A stretch of DNA of 24,764 bases from a virus (lineage: Duplodnaviria > Caudoviricetes): positions 1-24,764 of IMG/VR virus record IMGVR_UViG_3300023180_000377; one strand, written 5' to 3'. Positions 16,621-24,721 of this stretch are shown here, piece after piece (the first letter of the stretch is position 1; every line of letters begins with the position of its first letter). Position numbers and translations under genes: made by a program. Below the pieces are notes generated by a model that had not been told where the DNA came from, searched no databases, and worked only from the letters and a program-made list of their open reading frames with translations.

Positions 16621-16997
16621 GCGGCTTGGCCGGCTTCAACAAGGTCAAGAGCTTCATGCGCGAAGCACATAATCGCTTCATTGATGAGCCAATGGACGGC
16701 CAAAAGCTCTTTGTCGTCCAGCTCCCAGGTATCAAGCTCGCAACCATCCTCATCATAAAGCTCGGACGGAAGCGCTCCCCATGGGTTGGACTTAACGCTT
16801 TGCTCTTTGACATATGCGTTGAGGGCTTCACCGTGCTCGCGGTACAGCTTCAGCGCGTCTTTACTGTTTGGGCTTAGGCATGGGCAACGCAGCTTGCGCC
16901 AATCGCTTGAAGGTCCTAAGCAAAGCAGCGAATCAAGGAAGGTGGCGCAGCTCCAATCGTAGCTTCCGGGCATCCATTCAGGTTGTTGAATTGTCAT
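16617..16997 (-). CDS. Hypothetical acidic protein (early gene)
   Basis: Start moved to ATG 16997 (GGAG 8 nt upstream), directly downstream of a promoter-like sequence. Confidence 0.6.
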   Translation of the reverse strand: MTIQQPEWMPGSYDWSCATFLDSLLCLGPSSDWRKLRCPCLSPNSKDALKLYREHGEALNAYVKEQSVKSNPWGALPSELYDEDGCELDTWELDDKELLAVHWLINEAIMCFAHEALDLVEAGQAA

Positions 16998-17029
16998 TTT
17001 TTGGGCTCCGTGTCCGTGTTGATGAATCA

Positions 17030-17075
17030 ACTGTACGCGCCTGGGCCCATATTGCAACTATTATTTTAAAAAAAA
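17030..17075 (-). promoter_or_regulatory. Sigma70-like promoter with AT-rich UP element
   Basis: Minus strand TTTTTTTTAAAATAATAG-TTGCAA (17057-17052), 16 bp spacer, TACAGT (17035-17030). Confidence 0.6.
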
Positions 17076-17101
17076 TAAGACTCAATGAAGGCGGAGCCTT
17101 A
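17068..17101 (-). terminator. Rho-independent terminator
   Basis: Minus strand TAAGGCTC-(10 nt loop)-GAGTCTTA followed by T8. The stem begins at the nuclease stop codon. Confidence 0.65.
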
Positions 17102-18235
17102 TGGCCTTTTCACTTTGCTTGAAACCAACCGCTGGTACGGCACTCTATCAGCCAAGCAATCAAGCACTTCGCGCAGCTCTTTATCTTCTTTAGTGAGCTT
17201 CCCGAGCTTGGTGGTGCTGAAGGTGGCATACCGGTCAAAGACATCGCCAAGCAGGGTGCTGGTGCGCTCTGCGATGGCTTGCGCGGTCTCCATTGGTGGG
17301 AAGACTCGCTTGGTGCTGGTGCTCAATCGATACGTCCGGCCACCGGCCGTCCATTGGCCATCCGGCTCGAGCTCAAGCCTTTGCTTGATGGCGCCATCCA
17401 GCTCCCGCTTTCGGCCGTCAAGTATCTTGATTCGCGCGGCGATGTCTTCGCGCTGGCTCGCCAAGTCTTCCGGCTTTTCAAGGTCTGCCCATGCCACCGG
17501 CTCACCACCGGCTAGGACGGCTTGATAGGCTTGGCAACGCGAGCGGTAACCGCACCAGCCGCAGAGCGTTGATAGCTCCGCAGGTGTGGCAATGTCCTGG
17601 CCATCGTGGAGCGCGAGAAGCCGCTTGCCCGTCGCCAGGAGGAAGCGCTTGGTGCGCTCTGCATCTTCAGCCGTCTTCATGACGCTGATGAGCACGTCAT
17701 GCCGTAGCAGGTGAAAGGTCAACTTCACCGTCTTGGCCCATGGGTAGAGCTGGCGCACGGCGAGATTGTAGACCTCCATCTGCAAACTATCTTCAGCTTC
17801 CTTGCGGCTCATCAACGCTTGATTGGTTTTATAATCGACGACTTCAACGGTATCAGAGTCAAGGCTATCGATGCGGTCGATGAAACCGACCAGCGCCAGG
17901 CGTGCGGCCGGTCCGCTATCGCCAAGCGCAACATCAAAAGCGCGTTCAACGCCGATGATATCGCGCCCGTCGATGTGGCGCTTGGCCTTAGTGACCAGCG
18001 CGCCAAGCTCGTCAATCTGCCGGTGGTCGCGAATGCCGGCATTGGCTGCAAACTCCTCGAGCTCACCAAGTGGCCGGCCGAGCGTGTATGCCTCGAGCGC
18101 AGCATGGACCGCTTTGCCGAAGTCAAGCGCGCCCGTGCTCGGCTCTTTGAGCCGGTCAAGGTAGCGGTAGCGGTAGGCTTTGGGACATCGGACCCATTTA
18201 TCAACGCGGGAAAACGAAAGGTTGAGCTTCAACAT
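17099..18235 (-). CDS. PD-(D/E)XK RecB/Cas4-like exonuclease with predicted 4Fe-4S cluster
   Basis: LSFS...CPK, G-x-AVHAALE, GFIDRID, VDYKT, QMEVY, CGWC-x5-C. ATG 18235 has an AGGTGG RBS; GTG 18244 is the alternative. Confidence 0.9.
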   Translation of the reverse strand: MLKLNLSFSRVDKWVRCPKAYRYRYLDRLKEPSTGALDFGKAVHAALEAYTLGRPLGELEEFAANAGIRDHRQIDELGALVTKAKRHIDGRDIIGVERAFDVALGDSGPAARLALVGFIDRIDSLDSDTVEVVDYKTNQALMSRKEAEDSLQMEVYNLAVRQLYPWAKTVKLTFHLLRHDVLISVMKTAEDAERTKRFLLATGKRLLALHDGQDIATPAELSTLCGWCGYRSRCQAYQAVLAGGEPVAWADLEKPEDLASQREDIAARIKILDGRKRELDGAIKQRLELEPDGQWTAGGRTYRLSTSTKRVFPPMETAQAIAERTSTLLGDVFDRYATFSTTKLGKLTKEDKELREVLDCLADRVPYQRLVSSKVKRP

Positions 18236-18244
18236 GCCGGCCAC

Positions 18245-18733
18245 CTAGAACGGCACGTCTGAGTCATCATAGCGGGCCGGCTGCGGCTGCGGCGGGAGTG
18301 GCCTACCGCCACCCTGCGGCCGGTGCTGGCGCTCGCGTTGCGATGTTGCGGCGCGGTATCCCTTCACCGTGTTCTGCGGTCCATATTGCGGGCTGCGCTC
18401 GATGCCCACCAATATCTTGCACGTGCCGTTGGCTAGCTCTTCGGGGCGGTCGAAGCCCTTGCGCTTCAGCGCGGTGCATAGCTCCGCTAGGTTTTGCCGG
18501 CCGATGTCTTGCGCGATGGGGTTTTGATGTTGCCACGTCACGTTGCTAAAAATGACGCGGTTGGTGTGCGACGGTCCAAGGATGCGCCAGCGAAACTTGA
18601 AAAAAGAGCCGGTGTTGCTTCGGTTGTCGCGGAGCTCCACGGATTCAATCTGCGCATCGTAGACCGCTGGCGGTAGCGGCTCAAACTTGTCTTGTTTGTT
18701 GGCTTTGGGCTTAACGTCTTCAACTCTAAACAT
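18245..18733 (-). CDS. DUF669-like single-stranded DNA-binding protein
   Basis: Start moved to ATG 18733. FEPLPPAVY-x-AQI, IA-x-x-IGRQ-x-L-x-x-LC, QNTVKGY, and an SSB-type acidic tail DDSDVPF. Confidence 0.82.
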   Translation of the reverse strand: MFRVEDVKPKANKQDKFEPLPPAVYDAQIESVELRDNRSNTGSFFKFRWRILGPSHTNRVIFSNVTWQHQNPIAQDIGRQNLAELCTALKRKGFDRPEELANGTCKILVGIERSPQYGPQNTVKGYRAATSQRERQHRPQGGGRPLPPQPQPARYDDSDVPF

Positions 18734-19424
18734 CGGTCTTTCCCCCGTTAATTTTGCGGTAAATGGCTGCGAGGTTGGCCGGCTCATGGAGCCCAAGCCG
18801 GCCGCTTCGGTCCTTTGCGGTGTAGCTTGAATCAGGGTGGCATTGAAGATAGGGCTTCATCTGGCCGGTCTCTTCGTCCTGGTTCGGGATGAGCGCCAAG
18901 ACTTCATCCACCAGATATGGGATGGCCTGGCTTAGTCGCTTTCCAGGGAATGAAGGCGCGTAGAGCATCCGGCCTTGGTCATCCTGCAAGCGCTCTTGCT
19001 TGGCCAGCAACACCACGTTGCAAGGAAGCGACCGTACAGCGCGCACGAAGCGAACCACGCTGTCTTGCATTTCGCCGTAGGCTTGCCGTGGGTCTCGGCT
19101 TTGCTCTTTTAGGTTGTTTAGCAGGCTTTCAGCGAGCTCGCTGATGCTATCGACAATGACCCATGTGTATGGTTGCGGCTTTTGCTGCGACAGCCATCCG
19201 AACATCTGGCGGAGCTCTTCCCATCCGCCAAGCTCAACCGCTGCAATCTCGACATCTCGAAGCGATAGCAAGCCGTTTTCAACGCTCAAGATAAGCGTGC
19301 TTTCAGTCTGGCCGGTGGTGCGGCTCAAGTATGTCTTGCCGGCACCACTAGGTCCGTGAATGACGGCCGTGATGTGGGCGTCTTGACGGCCTAAAGTGGT
19401 GGTTATCTCAAAGGGTGGTTTCAT
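18726..19424 (-). CDS. AAA_24 / Sak4-like ATPase (recombinase)
   Basis: Walker A GPSGAGKT, SVENG, Walker B VIVDSISE, AKDRSG. Adjacent to SSB-like and nuclease genes. Confidence 0.88.
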   Translation of the reverse strand: MKPPFEITTTLGRQDAHITAVIHGPSGAGKTYLSRTTGQTESTLILSVENGLLSLRDVEIAAVELGGWEELRQMFGWLSQQKPQPYTWVIVDSISELAESLLNNLKEQSRDPRQAYGEMQDSVVRFVRAVRSLPCNVVLLAKQERLQDDQGRMLYAPSFPGKRLSQAIPYLVDEVLALIPNQDEETGQMKPYLQCHPDSSYTAKDRSGRLGLHEPANLAAIYRKINGGKTDV

Positions 19425-19440
19425 GCGTTTTTATCCTTGT

Positions 19441-19812
19441 TCAATGATGTTCGCAGACCATCAGGCCGTCTATTAGTGCTTTAGCCTCGCTATCGACCCA
19501 TCGGCCGACCGGTGTGACACCACTAAAGACGCGGAACTTGTTGGCGCGAAGCCGGCAATGAAGCCGTGGGTCGTCGTTTTCTTGCCTCACGAGCGCCAAA
19601 AGACATCCCAGCGTGGCGGGGTCGGAGAAGTCTGGCCAAGGCTGCAACAGCTGTTCAGCCTGAGCGGTTAGCGACATTGATGAGTGAAACTCTCGCAAGC
19701 GCATCCAAGCCGGGTTTTTAGTGGTTGGGTCGAATCCGCGCACCAGCATCCCCGGCATCCAGCGCCACCGCTTTCGGTTGGTAGCGTATCCGCCTAATTG
19801 CTGATAATTCAT
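19441..19812 (-). CDS. Hypothetical phage protein
   Basis: WRWMPGM...PDFSDPATLGCLLALVR...SEA-x-AL pattern recalled from uncharacterised phage proteins. Coupled to the upstream gene. Confidence 0.7.
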   Translation of the reverse strand: MNYQQLGGYATNRKRWRWMPGMLVRGFDPTTKNPAWMRLREFHSSMSLTAQAEQLLQPWPDFSDPATLGCLLALVRQENDDPRLHCRLRANKFRVFSGVTPVGRWVDSEAKALIDGLMVCEHH

Positions 19813-20114
19813 GCCGTTTCATCCTCGCTCTTGATGTGGTCGATGCGCTCGAGCATCAACGCGGTGATGGTCCGAAGCGTGGAGACGGCATCGGCCAGAT
19901 TCATCAGTTCAAGCGGCGCGGGTGCATAGTCCCGGCCAGCGGCGCGAAGGGCGATGTTGACATCGGCCAAGCTATACTCAAGCTGGTTGTAAATGTCGGC
20001 GCGCTGTTCGCTCATGGGACGCTTGTGGCTCTCGAACCACTGAAAGAGATGGGCGGCCGTGGCCGGTGCATCGGTAAGCCCCATGGCAGCATCTATGCGG
20101 TCATACATCGTCAT
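19809..20114 (-). CDS. Hypothetical protein (first gene of leftward operon)
   Basis: AGGAG RBS. Helical, no motif recognised. Confidence 0.65.
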   Translation of the reverse strand: MTMYDRIDAAMGLTDAPATAAHLFQWFESHKRPMSEQRADIYNQLEYSLADVNIALRAAGRDYAPAPLELMNLADAVSTLRTITALMLERIDHIKSEDETA

Positions 20115-20173
20115 GATAGGTCACTCCTGCGGTCGCTGTATCGCGTCCGTGTCTAGTCGGTTATCCTGACCCA

Positions 20174-20220
20174 ACGGTGAAGCGTCATTCCTGGCGCGTC
20201 AACATTTTTTTCACCTTTTG
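20174..20220 (-). promoter_or_regulatory. Leftward promoter candidate
   Basis: Minus strand A-tract, TTGACG (20202-20197), 17 bp spacer, CACCGT (20179-20174; weak -10). In the divergent intergenic region. Confidence 0.45.
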
Positions 20221-20285
20221 AGCTTGCCTTTCTCGAATGCTTTGGCGGTTACTACGTGAGCCGCCCATGGCGGTGGAGTGTTTTA

Positions 20286-20459
20286 ATGGATGACCGTAAA
20301 CAGACACAAAAGCGCGTGGTTGAAGCCACAGAGCCGCGTTGGTTCGTTTGCTGCGTGGTGTGCAGGACGCACGCAGCGTGCGCGAGCGATGGCGGTTGCG
20401 TGCTCGGATTTAGCGAAGCCCAACGTGCGCTAATCAGTACCAAACTTGGGGAAGCATGA
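20286..20459 (+). CDS. Small Cys-rich hypothetical protein
   Basis: GGAG RBS before ATG 20286. CCVVC-x5-C-x5-C. ATGA-coupled to the primase. Confidence 0.5.
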   Translation: MDDRKQTQKRVVEATEPRWFVCCVVCRTHAACASDGGCVLGFSEAQRALISTKLGEA

Positions 20460-22903
20460 CGATATTTGGAAAAGCGGCAGAGACGTACGCCACCATGGGG
20501 TGGCGGGTGTTCCCATGCGAGCCACGCGGCAAGCGTCCGGCCGTTGTGGACGGCCAGCGGATACGATGGACGGAGCAAGCCACCGATGACCTTGAGACGG
20601 TGCGCGCATGGTGGCAAGCCATGCCGGATGCCAACGTGGGGTTGGTGACGGGGTGGCCTGGGCCTGGCGTGGTTATTGACATCGATGACCCGGAGCTGAT
20701 GACGGCCGTTGATTGGCCTGAAACGTTGACGGCCAAAACGGGAAGCGGGGGCTTCCATCTGTACTATCAACCGCGCGAGACCTTGAGCAATAAGACCGGC
20801 AATCTGCCCAAAGGCATCGACGTGAGGGGGTGCGGGACCGGTTATGTGATTGCACCACCTTCGATGCACGCGAACGGCCAGCCTTATGAATGGCTTGAGA
20901 CCAGCGCATCCGACCGGCTAGATACGTCTACCGTTGACGATTGGTGGGCGGCATTGATGCCAAAGTGGCTGACCGATTGCGTACAAGGCCGCGCGCCATG
21001 GCCTGGCAAGCAATCCGAAGCGCAGGCGCTATCCTTTCGCGTGGATGAAGTGCAGCCGCGCTTGCCACTGGCCATTGAAGAGCGCGCGAGACGGTGGCTT
21101 GAAAAGGCAGAGCCAGCCATTCAAGGCAGCAACGGCCAGACGACGCTTTTCGAGGTGGCGAGCCACCTTTGCGGCTTTGGCCTGTCTTTGGGCGAAGTGC
21201 AAGACATCCTATGGCGTGAGTACAACTCAAGATGCGTGCCACCGTGGGCGCCGAACGAGCGCGGGCAGTTCGAGCGGCATGTCCGCGAAGGCTACATGAA
21301 GGGTCCGGTGCCGATTGGCGACAAACTTGATGACGCGACCACGGCGGTCGCGGTAAGTATGAATTCGCCACCGGTCGCGACCGACGATGACGGTTATCCA
21401 CCATCCTCCAAGTCTGGTGATGACGGTGCGGCCGGTGGCGTGTCTTCCTGGCCACCCCCGGCGCAGCTCGAACCCGACTTTGAGCGCTTGCCTTTCCCGG
21501 TGGAAGTGCTTCCGGGGTGGCTGCGACGGTGGGCGGTTGAATTGTCCGAAGAGACGCAAACGCCGGCAGAGATGGCCGGCATGATGGGCCTTTGCGCGAT
21601 GGCTGCGGCGGTTGCCAAAAAGCGCGTGGTGCATCTGGCTGGTGGTTGGTATGAGCCGTTGAACCTATGGGCCATCGTGGCGATGCTTCCGAGCTCGCGC
21701 AAAAGCCCTGTTTTCGCTTCAGCGCTTGCGCCGATTAACGAGTGGGAGCGAGAGCGAGCCGAAGCGATGCAAACGGATATAGCGGTGGCTGGCCATACGA
21801 TGGCAGTCGAGAAAGGCCGGCTCGAGCAGCTCAAGACCAAGGCTATCAAGACCAAGCATCCGGCAGAGCAAGCGGATTTGGCCGATCAGATTGAGCGGAA
21901 GCAACGGGACATTGATTGCCTGCCCGTGCTGAAAGCGCCACGGCTCGTGGTGGACGATGTCACGATGGAGATGCTTGCGACCGTGCTGGCCGACCATGAC
22001 GGCCGGATAGCCATCATGAGCGATGAGGGTGCGGTGCTTGGGATTGCGGCGGGACACTATTCGAGCGGCAAGGTGCATGCATCCACGCTTTTGAAAGGGT
22101 ATTCAGGTGGAGACATCCGCGTTGATAGGCGGAACCGCCAAGAGTTCGTGCGAAACGCAGCCATCACGCTTGGATTGACCGTCCAGCCGGCCATCGTTCG
22201 GGGTGCGCTGGCCAATGAGCAGTTCGCCGGCAACGGCTTGCTTGCGCGGCCGCTGTACTCATTTCCCGAGTCTAACGTGGGAAGCCGGAAGGGCTTCCTT
22301 GATGTGGAGCCGATGACTCATGCAGCGCGGCAGGGATACAACCAAGGCATCCGTTGGCTGTGCTCGATGCCGATGCCAAGCGAGCCTGAGGTAATGGCCT
22401 TCGAGTGTGAAGCCATTCACCGGCTTAACGCATGGAGCAAACAACTGGAGCCGACGTTGAAGCCGACCGGTGAGAATTGCATCATTGGGGAGTGGGCCGG
22501 CAAGCTAACGGGCACTCTTGCGCGAATCTGTGCGCTTCTCTGGCTGGCCGACGACGGGCGCGGAGACATACCGCTTGAAGTGGTTGAACGCGGCTTGGTG
22601 CTTGGCTCTTACTTCATCAATCATGCGCACTATGCCTTCGCGCATCTTCGAGACAATGACGAATACCGAGGCTGTCTCACTATCCTCGAGAAAGCGCGCG
22701 ATGAAGGATGGCCAGGGCAAAGCGTTAGGCTCCGCGACCTCTGGCGGTTGCTTACGCGACGCTTCGGTAACAAGCGCGAAGCGTTCGATGCGGCGGTTGA
22801 CACGCTGCATCAAATGGGGTGGATACAGCCGGTGAAGATTGGGCGAGCTCATGGCGTGATGTTCCATCCCGATGCCAAGGCTTATCCGAGCTCTGAAGGC
22901 TGA
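20456..22903 (+). CDS. Bifunctional primase-polymerase (Prim-Pol) + PriCT-like + DUF3987 (YfjI-like) replication protein
   Basis: GWRVFPC...KRP, NVGLVTG, VIDID, TGSGGFHLYY, GIDVRG, YVIAPPS-x-H. Middle EYN-x-RC-x-PPW. C-terminal FPVEVLP, EPLNLW, PSSRKSP, DDVT-x-E, SDEG, VDR, TVQP, GLLAR. Confidence 0.9.
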   Translation: MTIFGKAAETYATMGWRVFPCEPRGKRPAVVDGQRIRWTEQATDDLETVRAWWQAMPDANVGLVTGWPGPGVVIDIDDPELMTAVDWPETLTAKTGSGGFHLYYQPRETLSNKTGNLPKGIDVRGCGTGYVIAPPSMHANGQPYEWLETSASDRLDTSTVDDWWAALMPKWLTDCVQGRAPWPGKQSEAQALSFRVDEVQPRLPLAIEERARRWLEKAEPAIQGSNGQTTLFEVASHLCGFGLSLGEVQDILWREYNSRCVPPWAPNERGQFERHVREGYMKGPVPIGDKLDDATTAVAVSMNSPPVATDDDGYPPSSKSGDDGAAGGVSSWPPPAQLEPDFERLPFPVEVLPGWLRRWAVELSEETQTPAEMAGMMGLCAMAAAVAKKRVVHLAGGWYEPLNLWAIVAMLPSSRKSPVFASALAPINEWERERAEAMQTDIAVAGHTMAVEKGRLEQLKTKAIKTKHPAEQADLADQIERKQRDIDCLPVLKAPRLVVDDVTMEMLATVLADHDGRIAIMSDEGAVLGIAAGHYSSGKVHASTLLKGYSGGDIRVDRRNRQEFVRNAAITLGLTVQPAIVRGALANEQFAGNGLLARPLYSFPESNVGSRKGFLDVEPMTHAARQGYNQGIRWLCSMPMPSEPEVMAFECEAIHRLNAWSKQLEPTLKPTGENCIIGEWAGKLTGTLARICALLWLADDGRGDIPLEVVERGLVLGSYFINHAHYAFAHLRDNDEYRGCLTILEKARDEGWPGQSVRLRDLWRLLTRRFGNKREAFDAAVDTLHQMGWIQPVKIGRAHGVMFHPDAKAYPSSEG

Positions 22904-22931
22904 AGGATTCGCGCCGAAACACGCACCAAGG

Positions 22932-23141
22932 GTGCGCACAAGTGCGCGATTGAGCAAGGCTTCTTTAAAATGTCACCCCCCTTTGTGCAGGTGTCATTCT
23001 TATGGGGTTTTACGCAAAACGAGCTACCTAAAATCAAAGGGTTACGGGGTGCTTGTCACCCCCCTTTGTGCAGGATGTCACCCCCCTTTGTGCAGGTGGA
23101 TAACCAGTGCTCACAAGTGCGCACTTCTGCGCACAAGTGCG
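22932..23141. repeat. Repeat system A: three 21-bp direct repeats plus three CACAAGTGCG repeats
   Basis: TGTCACCCCCCTTTGTGCAGG at 22971, 23054 and 23076. CACAAGTGCG at 22937, 23112 and 23132. Palindrome AAGTGCGCACTT at 23115-23126. Confidence 0.92.
23032..23044 (+). promoter_or_regulatory. IHF consensus site
   Basis: AATCAA-AGGG-TTA is a perfect WATCAANNNNTTR match. Confidence 0.55.
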
Positions 23142-23225
23142 GTGTGTCCAATCGGATACAGTGGACGCTTGAAGATACACGTTGACTGAAACAATGACCG
23201 GGCAGTCACGTTTTGACCTCCAAAC

Positions 23226-23604
23226 TGTCAACGGTGTCAACGCTCTGTCAACGCTTCCGTTGACACTTATTCGCTAGCCATATCAAGGGCTTAGGCCAAA
23301 GTGTCAACATGTCAACGGGGGTGCGGTAGTTGGAAAGCTAAAGCTAGCCACTTTTTGAAAAAGCGTAATGATATTATATATATATGTATATATATAAAAT
23401 TGACTTTATAGTGACGTTGACGCTTTTGTCTTTACGCGAGAAAGGCCAAAAACGTTGACACTTTGGCCTAACCCTATGCAATTGTTGAGCAATATGTGTC
23501 AACGCTACCGTTGACAGCTGTTGACACTTTGAAAAAACGCTTGCGTGTTGCATAGTTGCAGAGTGGCCAGCGTTGACAGTTTGGCCGAAAGCGTTGACAG
23601 TTTG
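23226..23604. repeat. Repeat system B: TGTCAAC/GTTGACA iteron-like array around an AT-rich core; putative replication origin
   Basis: TGTCAAC at 23226, 23235, 23246, 23302, 23310 and 23497. GTTGACA at 23259, 23454, 23510, 23520, 23572 and 23593. (TA)n core at 23371-23400. Perfect 18-bp inverted repeat at 23291-23308 / 23454-23471. Confidence 0.85.
23281..23293 (+). promoter_or_regulatory. IHF consensus site
   Basis: TATCAA-GGGC-TTA is a perfect WATCAANNNNTTR match. Confidence 0.55.
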
Positions 23605-23613
23605 AGGTTGAGC

Positions 23614-24129
23614 ATGATTGTGATCGGCATTGATACCGGCTTGGCGAATCTTGGCTGGTGCGTTGTGCGGCTCGAAGATGAGCGCATCAAAGGCGCTGGC
23701 GTCATCCGAACCAAGCCTAGTGGCAAGCTCCCAAAGCATCGCGATGACGCGCGCCGCATCGAAGAGCTATGCCGTCCGCTCCGGTCAATTTGCGAAGTCT
23801 ACAAGCCTGACCTGATGCTCATCGAAGCCCCGGCCGGCTCGAAGAGCTCGCGTGCTGCGCTTGGTCTTGGCTATGGTTACGCAGTGGCGTTGAGCGTGGC
23901 AGACGGCCAAAACATTCCGTGCTTGACTCTGCCAGCTTCAGCCGGAAAGATGGCGGCTGGAGGCAGTCGAAGCGCCACAAAAGGCGCGGTGGCTGATGGT
24001 GTTTTGAACAAGTGGCCCGAGCTATACGGCATCGCTCATGAGGCGGTTGGTCGCGCAAAGCGAGCGGTTGAGCACGTTTACGATGCCGCAGCGCTGGTCA
24101 TGGCATACCAAAAGGAAACCAATGGTTGA
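23614..24129 (+). CDS. ruvC: RuvC-like Holliday junction resolvase
   Basis: Start moved to ATG 23614 (GAGG RBS). IGIDTGLANLGW, LIE, K-x-AAGG-x-x-SATK, EH-x-YDAAA. Confidence 0.88.
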   Translation: MIVIGIDTGLANLGWCVVRLEDERIKGAGVIRTKPSGKLPKHRDDARRIEELCRPLRSICEVYKPDLMLIEAPAGSKSSRAALGLGYGYAVALSVADGQNIPCLTLPASAGKMAAGGSRSATKGAVADGVLNKWPELYGIAHEAVGRAKRAVEHVYDAAALVMAYQKETNG

Positions 24130-24442
24130 GAAGATTGCTGGCGGTCCGTTGGTCAAAGCGGACGAAGATGCAGCGCCAGTGCCCAAAGATAAGCGGCTGG
24201 CCAATGCCACGTTGATTGGACTGGCGAACGCGGAGGTTGACGCTGAAGGTGTGGTGCAATCTCTTGGTGATGCGTTGCCGTTCACCTATCGCATTGAGCG
24301 GGAAGCGCTGGTGCTTCGCAACGATGATGCCAGCGTGGTGATTGGGTGGGGCTTGGTGAAGGCTTTTCGCGCCGCCCTTGGCGAGCTCGACGCGCGCGAG
24401 AACACGCGATTGGCTTGGAGGTATCGCGATGAGCAGGGGTGA
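24122..24442 (+). CDS. Hypothetical protein
   Basis: AAGGA RBS before ATG 24122. Overlaps the ruvC stop. Confidence 0.6.
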   Translation: MVEKIAGGPLVKADEDAAPVPKDKRLANATLIGLANAEVDAEGVVQSLGDALPFTYRIEREALVLRNDDASVVIGWGLVKAFRAALGELDARENTRLAWRYRDEQG

Positions 24443-24719
24443 ACCAGCACCGGAGAAAGATGGCTGGCTGGAAGTGAGCCAGATGCTGCGAGACGCTAGG
24501 CTAACGGCTGGCCTTGGGTATGTTGGCCTGGCGCGGCTCATGCTTGAGCCGGGGTGCGACCCGAAGCGGTTGAACGCCAAGCGTCAATCCATCTGGCACC
24601 TTGAAAACAACCCCGGCCACAAAGGTCCGTGGGCTTCCACCATCGAAGACATCGCGGCTGCGCTCAACATCAAGGTCACGTTCGATGGGACCCGGTGGTC
24701 ATGGCATGGCAATGATTGA
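24429..24719 (+). CDS. XRE-family helix-turn-helix protein
   Basis: GGAGG RBS. LRDAR-x-x-AGL...LA...RQSI-x-x-LEN...P-x-x-STI-x-x-IA-x-AL, with an insertion in the turn region. Confidence 0.75.
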   Translation: MSRGEPAPEKDGWLEVSQMLRDARLTAGLGYVGLARLMLEPGCDPKRLNAKRQSIWHLENNPGHKGPWASTIEDIAAALNIKVTFDGTRWSWHGND

Positions 24720-24721
24720 GC

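Noticed and set aside
17099-18235. Cas4-like nuclease as evidence of a CRISPR-Cas system
   Set aside because: It lies in a Sak4/SSB recombination context with no cas1/cas2 or array.
19441-19812. Host assignment (for example Myxococcota) from recalled similar proteins
   Set aside because: Impression only; it cannot be supported without a database search.
20115-20285. tRNA or structured ncRNA in the intergenic regions
   Set aside because: No cloverleaf or extended pairing is recognisable here or at 23142-23225, only short hairpins.
22971-23096. 21-bp repeats as a CRISPR array
   Set aside because: Gaps are 62 and 1 nt, not regular unique spacers, and there is no cas operon.
22872-23240. Short ORFs over the repeat region (for example the MSPPFVQ repeats at 22970-23185)
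   Set aside because: The peptide repeats simply mirror the DNA repeats, and there is no convincing RBS.
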